Positions 24,791-35,846 of a stretch of 64,000 bases of DNA are shown here, piece by piece. Origin of the DNA: Balanoglossus misakiensis (taxonomy: Eukaryota; Animalia; Hemichordata); assembly GCA_040954595.2 (NCBI GenBank), contig CM082584.2, forward strand, positions 10,816,552-10,880,551, read 5' to 3'. Numbering within the stretch: position 1 is the first letter of the stretch; every line of letters begins with the position of its first letter. The notes beneath the pieces are model-generated. The model was not told where the DNA came from, ran no database searches, and saw only the letters and a program-made list of their open reading frames with translations. The position numbers and the translations under genes are program-made.

Positions 24791-24860
24791 CCGCCATTAC
24801 AGTGACGTCACGGGAGAGGCTGTGCGCGCATGCTTGATCAAAGTCTCGCTTCTCGCGAGT
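24791..24860 (-). promoter_or_regulatory. RAD23 proximal promoter motif cluster
   Basis: YY1-like CCGCCATT (24791), CRE GTGACGTCAC (24802-24811), NRF1-like TGCGCGCATGC (24823-24833), TCTCGCGAG (24851-24859). All 120-190 bp upstream of the ATG. Confidence 0.55.
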
Positions 24861-25425
24861 CCCGGTGAGACTTTTTGGGGCCTAGGGCTGGTTCACTAGA
24901 TATCCAGTGGGGTGGGGTGGAGGATTTTCGGGGTACATTTACACTGATATTACTCAGGCAAATGTTTCAAAGCTTCACCATATCATGAGTGTATCGATGC
25001 CTTCCAATGTGGTTAGGACTGTGTTCGCCATTGGTTCAGTATAACCTGGGATTGTACATCTGTACGCGTATAAGGGACTGGTCATTTTCTCTCGTCGGGA
25101 GGGTCACCCTGTTTTGGAAACCAAATGCTCCATGGTGGTTCAGAAGCGAGTGTGTTCGTTGCATTACATTCACCTCCCTATCACTCTGACACAGCACAAA
25201 TGCATAAAAGTGAAATGGGAATGTCTGTCGTTAGTAATGACCGTATTATATCATTCTTAAAATAAAACCCACTCAATTCCCATTGTATCAACAAAACGTT
25301 TAATCATGAATCAATGTATTTGAATTATTTCTGTATACAATAACATACATTTCTGCATATGTGTATAAAGATGTTCAGTTCAAGTGAAATGTGTAACTTT
25401 AAATCATGCTTCATTAAAATTGTAA

Positions 25426-26634
25426 TTATTCTCCGAATTTAAGCTGTTTTTTGTCAACAGACACCTCTTTGTGCAACTCCTTGGCTTTATTCATAAACTT
25501 TTCTGCCAGCCCCTGATTTTTCTCCACACCATCTCCCAGTTTGTACATTCGACTGACATTCACACAGGCATACATGTGATCCAGATCACATGCCTTCTCC
25601 GAGTAAATCCTGGCTTTCTCCATGTCCTTTGGGACTGTTCCTAGACCTTGCAGGAAAATAGCACTCAGCATAAAGCAGCTCTGAGGGAATTTTTGATCGC
25701 ACGCTTTTGTGAAGAACTCTGCTGCTTTTTCCACTTCTCTTTCTTTTTTCACATTCGCCAATCCAGTGCCGTGGATCATTCCCAGGTTATGGCAAGCTCC
25801 TACGTTGTTGCCATCACACGCTTTCTGTAAGTACTTGTATGATTCTTCTTTGTTTTCTTCCACGCCTGAAAATAAACAAAAATTATAACATCTATTTAAA
25901 TGGAGAGTTGCTGCAACTTTTGATAATATGTTCAGTATTTCTACTTAGTGTATATCCACTACATTTTCTTGTTCTACTCCCTACGACGTTGACATATCTA
26001 CCGGTAGTAGTCAGCTTTTCACTACAGCCTATACATGTATACCAGCAATGTTACTGACATTAGCCGGGACTGAAATTCAGATGAGTATATGTTGAGTATT
26101 TACCCTTGCCAACCATATATGCTGTTCCTAGTTTAAAGCATCCATCGGCACTGTTCAGTTCATCACACGCTATTCTGTACGCCTCAGCTGCATCTTTGAA
26201 ATTCTTCTTTATCCCGGAATAGTAATCACCAAGCCGAACACAACCTTTAGGGAAAAATCACACATCAAATTCAAAACACCATGTTTGTAAAGATGTTGCA
26301 AAACTAATGTATGTATGTATGTATGTATGTATGTATGTATGTATGTATGTATGTATGTATGTATGTATGTATGTATGTATGTATGTATTTATGTATGTAT
26401 GATAATATGAATGAATGAATGAATGACTGATTGATTGATTGTATGTACACGTATCACGTACGTCCACCGTACCCACATGTGAAACCACAGTTACTATGGA
26501 TACCGTGCATAGTCGTTAACCACATCATTACCTTCGGGACTCTTTTCTTGGTGACACGCATACATATATTCTATGTGAAGATTCTCAATATAATCCTTCA
26601 CTTGTTCTTCGTCTTTAAAATCAACGGCAAACAT
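25426..26634 (-). CDS. COA7: Cytochrome c oxidase assembly factor 7 (SEL1-repeat), ~227 aa. Exons 26634-26532, 26244-26104, 25865-25426
   Basis: [22 protein letters not shown]-terminus, Cys-paired SEL1 repeats, [15 protein letters not shown], and C-terminal LKFGE. Exons total 684 nt, in frame. Confidence 0.92.
26308..26441. repeat. Compound tetranucleotide microsatellite (ATGT)n-(ATGA)n-(ATTG)n in COA7 intron 1
   Basis: Directly visible. Confidence 0.95.
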
Positions 26635-26639
26635 TCTGA

Positions 26640-27032
26640 TGATTGTAGACGGCTTGAAACTGTGATGATCATCTACCGACACCGGCAAGCATGGCACGTA
26701 GTAACTATTATGGCAGTGACCCAGTGTGACCTTTGACCTCAATAAGATTTCTTCTGAAATATCTTTAAATGGTAATGATTCTTTTATTGATGTTACCATA
26801 AAAATAATGCACATTAATTTATTTTAATCGACATTCTAATTTTCACTCCTCAACGAGGAGTTTGAAAAAAAAAATTATTTGACCTTTGACTGTTTATCTA
26901 TCAAAACATGGCGGCGAGGCGAAGGTGTAAATTGCGTTCTCTGAGCTGAGTCAATGGTATGGTGAACGGGTACAGGGCTTGGCGATCGAGAATCACGAGT
27001 GCTTTTTCCAACATTCCCGATTTCAAATACAG
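26640..27032. promoter_or_regulatory. Probable bidirectional promoter COA7/ZYG11-B and first non-coding exon of ZYG11-B
   Basis: Divergent genes. YY1-like AAACATGGCGGC at ~26904. Donor CAG|gtaagc at 27033 could join the acceptor at 27644. DR1-like TGACCTTTGACCT at 26727. Confidence 0.5.
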
Positions 27033-27647
27033 GTAAGCTTATCGCTGATCGCCAATGCATGCAATGATTATTGAGCGATGAGCGACGACGTACCGTCGCT
27101 ACCGATGCTGTGATGGGAACCAGTCAGGCTAGTGGGAAAAAAACATAATGGTGTCAATAAAACATCTTTCGAACATTCAATATCTGACTTTCAAAAAAGA
27201 AAACTGTGACTGATTCAAATGCGTTATTTATTGCATCACACATTACATACATGTACTTCCATATATGGATAAAGGGGCGTGTCTAATCATTGTAATGGAC
27301 ATGTGGTGGGCGTGGCGCTAAGTGAAAGTCTGTGATTGGCTAATCTTCACTGTTCATGCATGGAACCAGCAGCGCCATACAGTTACTATGGTAACTATGA
27401 CTAAATTTTCATATGGGACCATATACTAGTATATGATTCACATGATGACAGTACACCATGGTAACGCTTGGACCATGCTTGGACACACCCAACTGTATCC
27501 ATAATGGAAAATTATGCCAAAAATAAATTTGAAAATTTATGTACTCATCCCAAAACATTCTTCATAAATCAGAACCATGAACATTGGTCCATTGGTCCAG
27601 TGTACTGGTGCAGCCCTTGTCTGACATTTTTGTTTTCTTAACAGAGA

Positions 27648-30600
27648 ATGGAAGCAATGGTAGCTTTGCCAGCCGCGCCGGTGGTTGCCACGGCATCACC
27701 GTGGTCGTTGCAGGAGATCTGTCTGGAGTACATCTCGGAGAACTACCACCATGTGTGCACAGACAGAGTCCTGGGCGACCCGGGCAAAGGTCTGCAGTTC
27801 TGCGTGCCCGACACGGTTCTCAACATGGAGCTCTCGGAGATCTTGCTGAGGAAACTGGCGGAGAAGAAGAAGGTCACAGACCGAGTCCTGATGCTCTTTG
27901 CCAACCCCGGTTCGACCATGCTGAAAAGAGCCTGGCTCCGAGGCTGCGACATCACAAGTGACGGACTGGCGGCCCTGGCCAATCACAGGTTCAGTGAACT
28001 AGACGTGTCTCGGCTAAAAAATATCACCGTTCAGGATTTGCTTAGAGTCTTTGGGGAAAGGGGCTTCGAGCAGTTGAAAAGTCTGAACATTGGCTGGCTG
28101 GATGTGTGTCGGACAGACGGCAAAACAGCCGACAACGAGGACAGCATTGTGAAACAGCTGTCGCTTTGGACCAAGCAGCTGGAAAGTTTAGATATCTCGA
28201 TGGCCGGCGTGGAGACGTTGCTCTACCTGCACAATTTCAAGAAGGTGCCCCTGAAAGCCCTGACCGTTTTCCACACCAGCGTGGATTTCTCGGACACCCT
28301 CCTCTTCAAGGACATCGTGAAGTTCCGCAGCCTGCAGCACTTGGACATTTCGCTGGACTCCAAGTTGCACGTCATCGTCGACTACAGCCGGGACACATTT
28401 TGTAAATTTCTCGAACTCCCGGCTGATCCGTTTTTACCCCAGCTGACCTCTCTAGACATATCAGGCAACAAGTCGGTGAAGGAATCTTCGTTGAAGATTT
28501 TCTACGACCGACGACCAAAGATCAGGTTCCTAGGTCTGACCTTGACAGACCTCTGTGAAGCCGAGTTCTTGACTGATGAGGAACATGTTGATTATAGACC
28601 ACATGTTAAGGCAAGTGGTGATATACTTTCTTCTCACTTTTGGGCTCCTGCTTTATACAAATTATTTTCTGTTATTGGCCAGAAAAGAATAGAAAGTACA
28701 TGTATGTAAATATGGCCTTCCATTTTCTGTAAAAAATAACTTCAGGTAACTGGTCACTACACAGAGGAACAGATCTTGGAAGGATTGAAACGATACACAA
28801 ACAGACCATCATATTTACATCAACTGCTTTCCTACCTCTTTGATAAAACACACTTTTCAGAGCAAGCTCAGTTGGACATTATCAGGGTAAGTATTTAGTT
28901 ATCCAGTTTGTGGTTTTCTTGAGAGAGGAGGACTGTCTGACCTGGAGACAGAGACTGACTGACTGACTGACAGACACTTCTTAAGATTGTTGTTAAGCTG
29001 TTCTTTTGCATCATTACAGCTTGTCATGGCCGTGATGAGGAACTACCCAAATTCACTTGGAATTCAGATGGCAGGCAGGTAATGACCAATCAGTGATTAT
29101 AGATGGCAATCCATTTTGACCTTGTATGGTGTGACTGACCCAAGATTCTTTCTTAAGGTTTCAATGACATATATGAAACTTATGAGCTGATGACACTGCC
29201 AGTTGATTCGTCTGTTCAAAGTTCCCTTACATTAAAAAAAAATCACTTGATGCATTTGTCTTGCAGTGCTTGTCTGTACAATTTGACCAAGTATGAACTT
29301 AGTGATGGAATCCACGTGGCCATGTTACGGGAACTCATCAATATCGTCCTTGATGCCATGGCAACCTTTCCAGAACGAGGACAGGTGAGTTGGCGTGTTT
29401 TGCGGAAAATGTTGAATACCGGTAAATGTAAACAGCACAGATGCAGTGAATGGTTGACATGGTTAGATTTTGCCAGTGTTTGTGCCAGTGTTTTTTTCAA
29501 CATATTTTCTTTTCGTATTTTCAGCTGCAAAATAACTGCATGTTAGTCCTTAGGAATGAACGAATTCTATACGATGTGGTAAGTTACACTCTAGTGTACT
29601 TGAAGAATTAAATAATAAAGAATCAATTCACGAACAAATGAATGAATGAATAAATGAATTCTAGTTATACAATAGATGAGTTGAGAAGTGCCAACATTGT
29701 CTTGCCAAAGTTGTTTAAGGGTTACTTCATTAATTAAATGATAATGGTTAAAGAAATTAAGATCAACAACTCACCATTTGCCACCAGAGTGATAACATGG
29801 TTTTGTGTTTTTCCTGCAGACTTTTGATTACTTGAGAGCGTCGCAGTTAACAATGCAGTGTCTGACGGACTATGATGACCACTCCATGTGTAGAACTGCC
29901 TCCATCATCACCTCCATACTTGTACATAGACTGACAACCGATCAGAAAGCTCTTCTCGGAACAACCGAAGTGATTGAGGTAAGTACATTGTGACATTTAC
30001 ACTTGCTTACACTTTCATGCTGATTATCCACTGATGCATCAGAACTGATGTGTAATGTCTTCACTTAAAATTCATGATTTATGTTGGAAACTTTGTATCT
30101 CTAACATACAAAAGAAACTGATGGACATGATACGAGAGAGAGTGGAAGAAGGCATTATCAACACAATACTGAAGATGACAATGAAGATCCTTTGGAGTCT
30201 CACAGATGAACTGCCAGGCATCTGTACTGCCTTTATCAATGCAGGAGGATATGACCTCTATCTTCTCATTCTTAATGTAAGTTTCTGACAAGGTCAAGTT
30301 GACACGAATTGTATCTGTAGAAGTATGTACATCAGAACAAACACTCTTGAACAACTGCATCAGAAGATCAAAGGTCCATATATCTTCACCCAAAGATGTG
30401 AATGCACCAATATATTGGCATAGAACCATTGAGATGAAGTGTTTAACTGTACCTTTTTCTTTTCCTTTTTTCCCCTGTGATATCTTACAGACATTCTATG
30501 AAGAAGCTGTTATCCAGAAGAGAGCCTTAGGTTTATTTGTACGTATGAATCTATGCAATGTTTATTTAAATTTTTTTATCAGCAATTGAAGAAAGGTAGA

Positions 30601-31707
30601 GTGGTGTAACAGACTGAGTGCTAGACAGACAGGGACATGGAGGAAGGAGATTGTTAAGACAGACGGACAACCAATCAGTCAGAGAAGAGAAATTAAGAGA
30701 GAAAGACAAAACTTTGACAGTAGTTGTTTTTCCTTACACTTACAGAGCAATGTTGCTGAAGTGAAAGCATTGAGGCCACAGCTGATGACCCCTGACCTCA
30801 TGAACCATGTCAGGTAAATACAATTGTTGCTATAACAACAATCACTGACATTGTCACATCTCTAAGAACACTGCCCAGTCACGCCCATGCCAAAACCATG
30901 ACCATGAGTTTGTTGAACAGACTAAGTTTGACGTTACTTATCCCACATGTTCTGTCATGGTTTCATGAACGATTTCATTTGGATGTATTTTGCACAGAAT
31001 TGCCATAGAAGAATCGGACATTGAAGTGGCATATTTTGCCGGAGGTATTCTTGCCTTGCTGACCAGTGAGGATTCACAAGCATGGACGTTGCCCATGGCA
31101 ACAAAAACACAGTTACTCAAGGCACTGGTATGTCAGCCCTATTAACATGGACATGTGATACAAATATTTAGCTAGATACCGATTCTAATGCATTTATAAC
31201 TAATTACATGTATACTGATATTCCATCAAAACCCCAACACTTTTTCATTTTTCTCCCTGTAGTATGACAAAATATTACAATGGGGAGACTACACAGGGAG
31301 ATTGGTGGCGTACAGGTCATTTGGGCCAATCATCTATCTCCTTGCGTGTCAACCAAATGCAGGTGCACAGCTCTGGGCTGCATGGACTCTCTGGCACACC
31401 TGTGCTAAGAAACGTAAGTTCCGAGTTGTGAAAATTATTGCGGATACCAAAAGGGGTGCTGTTAGTAATTATGCCTGTAATGTTTATCTTTGTTTATCCA
31501 TCATCAGCCAGAGTTGGTCATGTAGACAATTGATTGATGTTACAATTTCCTCACACAGCTGAGCGGTACTGTCAGATGCTGCAGAACGAGGGCGGTTTGC
31601 AAGTCCTTCAAGAACTCCTACAGAAACCTGAACTGGACGTGGAAGTCAGAAGAGTTACACAGAAAATACTGACAGTCAATGAACAATACCGCCACACCAA
31701 AAGATAG
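27648..31707 (+). CDS. ZYG11: ZYG11-like paralogue B, ~733 aa, 12 coding exons: 27648-28610, 28746-28886, 29020-29078, 29267-29384, 29525-29578, 29820-29978, 30115-30276, 30491-30538, 30746-30813, 30998-31127, 31263-31413, 31559-31707
   Basis: BC-box PWSLQEICLEYI, LRRs, LWSLTDELP, SNVAEV, EVAYFAGG, VAYRSF, QLWAAW. Internal exon sizes (141,59,118,54,159,162,48) are identical to paralogue A. The first coding intron needs a GC donor. Confidence 0.88.
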
Positions 31708-34700
31708 GGAACCCCTTCCTGCCAACTGTTTCAACAATCTTCAAGGTGCCAAGTTTCAGCTCGTATAACCGAAGCCCATTCAGGAATTATTTATCAGATA
31801 CCAGAAGCAATTTCCCGTGTAAAGGCAGAAATAAATCAATATTTAACTACAGTACAATGTCCACCTTGCACCGAAAAAGCCTTGAATATCAAACAAAATG
31901 GCTCGGACAAATATGGCTGCCAACAGAGAACAATTGACAATCAAGCCTACAATGTATTTCATTGCTTCATGTCACTTGATCAACAATTTTCATTTGAAGG
32001 CTCACATGTGTACTTAGAGAAATAGTTAGATAGTGATGTCTCGTGTTGAAGTGTTATTTGCAGGTGAACAAGCGTCCTTTTAAATGTACATTTTATTGTA
32101 AAATTCTTTCTTTCTTGCAGTGTTTGAAATATAAGTACATTTACTTTCTTTTTTATTCAAAGTTCAATCTTGAGGTCTCAGACACTTACACCCTTGATCC
32201 GTAGTATGGCTAACTTAACAGAGGATAGATTCATAATCATACAAAGTTTCACCCTATTATTGATGCGGTAAAACCTTCACCAGAATGTGATATTGTATAA
32301 ATATCTTAGGTACTGGAAAAACATCCATTTGTCCATGGTATTTTATTTGTATATGGAATTGACAATCAGGGATTTTTCTTACACTCTATGTCTTCCCTAG
32401 TGTAAATGTCAATAACAATGGACAACATATATTCCAGTTCTCTCCGCCATGATATCTCAACCACAATAATATGATCTTTGCAGTACCCCAAATCTCTGTG
32501 GTCAAATGCTAACCTAACATTGAAGTACTGACTGCCAAAATCAGAAATTTTGTTCGATGAGGTTTGTGTCTTGTAGGGTAGGCCAGTTTTCGTAATCTCA
32601 GGTAACATATCAGTTGATCTACCGACACTGTGTAAATGTTTTTATTGGTAATTTTAATGGTGCCCATGTGAACTGTGTATAGTGATTGGCAAATAGTCTG
32701 TGCCGTGGCATCTTGTTGAAATGGAATCGTTGTGCTAGCTCTGAAATTCTTTATGACTATTGCAGTCTGTAACTCTTGGTAGGTTGTGTAATGTGTGTGT
32801 GTTTGTGTCAGTGTGTATCCAATCAGTGCTCAAAGTCAGTGGTTTGAATTTGAAGGTGACCGATTTTAGTGTAAAATTATTAAGATCATACATATCATAT
32901 AATGCCAACAACCATTGCTTGCAGTGAGGAGATACCTTACATTGTGATGTTGTTACAGGATTGTCTTTTCTCAGTGTTGAGAACAAAGTGGGGTACACAG
33001 TTGTTGTTGGTATCTTAGATTGATGGGGTGAATGTGTCTTGGTTGGGAAAAGTGAAGCTGTATTTCTCGATGTAGTCATTTCAGTGTTCGTATATCATGC
33101 GAAAATAATATGGTCCTTTGATTTTGTGTATGTACTGATGAAGTCCCTATATGTCACGATGACCTTTTGCCTATTGGTATTGTGTAGGAAGTTGGTGGTA
33201 AATGTAGTTTGTGGTCTTGTACAGTGACACTTTACTGACTGATAGTAGTACTAGCTCAGAACCCTGTCCTTTCATGCCTCTACTAAAATACAGCTGAGCA
33301 TTGTACATTGAACTTGCAAAGCTAACTGCCTGAAATCTTGTCAGAAAATAGAAATGTAACTTAATACACCAAAGTCTTTGAAGTCATGGAATGTCATTGT
33401 ATGTGTATTTGTAATTTTACTGAAAGTGTACTTTATTTGATTTGAAAATGTTCTGTATATATCTTAATTTTAATTAAATTTTCTTTGGAAAATAAAAAGT
33501 GTTTAAAAATGTCCAAGAGGCTTTTTAAGATGTCTTTTTTCCAAAGTCAAAGTAGCACTTTGTGGGCTGGTCATAGGGTATAGGAGACTTTCTTATGCTG
33601 TAAACCCACAGAGTCCAAGCAGATTTTGCTGAGATTGAAACATTGCATACCATGTAGCATCTATTATTGTATCTATGGTTAGACGTCTAGTCATAGATGT
33701 ACTACAATAGATGGTACAAAACAAAAATTCCTGCATGTCTCTGCACGCTTCATAAGCCACCATACATTCGTGTCAGGTAACGACGCCCCCACACGACGAC
33801 TTCCTGCCATTGGTTGCCCTGTGACCTGCGATGCCAGACATTACCAGTGCGATCATTCGCTTGGTGGGCGTATGAATGTTCACCGGAGAAAAATGACGTT
33901 TTAAAATGCCGAAATAAGTAGCTGAATTGTCGCGACTGCGACAGACGCATCCATAATGGACATGTAAGTCACAATAAGTTGTTTTTACACGGCCGATCTT
34001 TCTTTCGGGAAGTTTTTTTGCGCATCACTTAACATTCAATGGCTGCCGATTCGGGCGATTGACGTTGCACACCCAGGCTACACGCACTGCGATTGACGCA
34101 GATGCCGGGTACTTGGTGGTGTCTTCACGATCGTACCTCGAACTTAGCCGGTACAGTATTGTTACTGCCGGTTACGTACACAATTTACACTGTGTACTGA
34201 TAAGTTGAAAAGGGCAAGATTTGTGATTTCCCACACAGTCACCAGACATTCATCACTGTACACATAGGCTTACACCCCTCTACATTTAATTACAAAATGC
34301 TGTGTCTCTATTGCTGGTCCAATCATGAAAGGATGCTGGCTGTTGAATACACTTCAAGCACTGGGGCAAGGTGCAGTGCCTCAGAAGGCCTGTCCCCATA
34401 GGGTAAATCATCCACGCACCTGTTCCATACATGTCTCTTTCAAGAGGAAGTGACCAATCAGAAGCATGCTTACAATACAAGAACTCTCCTGGGACACACT
34501 GCAAGTGCAAGCACACATGCAAATACCTCTGACATGACATCATGCATTGGGCTCTATCAATGGTTGCAGTTTAATCATTGACACAGACAAGAGATAATTT
34601 AAATGTATAATGTTCATTTAGGTTAATATAGATAATCGGTGTACAATTAGAGAAATGTGATGGTTGCTTTCCGCTTGATAACTGATATTTTCTACCTGTA

Positions 34701-35846
34701 CCTACCACATGTGCCATTAGTCAGGTTTTGTCATGGCTAGGCTGTTACGCAAACAGTTAGCCAGTTGTACCTTCAACTGTCAATTCTCATGTGCAAAAAT
34801 AAAAATCCTTGAAACTAATTACAGAAAAGGAATAACAGTGGGCACTCTGTTGATTACCGAAAATAATGATGGGTAATTCGTCCTTGTGAGTGAACACGGG
34901 TCTTTGGTTGCTAAGGATTCTAGAGAATCGCTCATGGCTGACTTCAATGAGATTCATGATATTTATGGACAGAATCATTTTCACGCATTGTGTATGTGAG
35001 TCTGTGGGTTGGTCGTGTCTCTCTGAATCCGTACTTGGTGTGTCGTGATGCGACTCGTGCTATATTTAGACTGATCACCATATCTCTCCCCCCTATTCAG
35101 ATCAGCATTACCAGTACATGAACAATATATCGCAGTGTGGTAAAACTCAGTATAGTAAAAACAGGCTTTTGTTTCCTTGCGCCCAACATTACTTGAAGTT
35201 TTTTTTACAGCCACGGAGCACAGCAAATATTTGTTTTGTTTTGTTATACTGCTAGTGCTTCTGCGCCCTAAATTTTTGTCCTACTTCTGTCAAGTTCTGG
35301 TATTGGCTCTTTCATCATTTAAAACACAATGACAAGAGTATATAAATTAACCCTTTCATTTAGTGATATTCCTCAGTAACTATCCCAGTGTCTATGCCCC
35401 TTCTAACGTCTATAAAATCATAATTCAAATAATATTCTCCTTTGTCCTAACAACCTGCGTCATTAATGAGCTGCTCGGTACAAAGGTGGACACCTTATCA
35501 GTTGCGTGGAATCATGGGTGGACACTGTTTATTTTTTGCTTTAAATCCTCATTATGATAAATTATTACGATTTCCCCATTCTGACAGTCTCTCTGAGACA
35601 CTCCTTCAGGAAATTTGTATTTGCCATGGCGGGGAAGTACCCACAGTTTTTACAGAGTCATTGTAACCATTGTCGTTGGCTGCGTCACTTCTTCTTATAC
35701 TATTAGTATTAACGCATTTCCTTTTCCCAAATGCTCTTTGTCTTCTGTGTAAAATCACCCCCAGCACCACATCATAGCTTCACCAGAATTTTCTGTCAAA
35801 TACATATGAAACATATTCTCTTGTGTGTGTTTTTTCCAGAACGACT

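Noticed and set aside
13652-31707. ZYG11-A or -B being ZER1
   Set aside because: They carry ZYG11-type YFA(A/G)G and VAYRSF motifs and share exon sizes with the canonical copy C.
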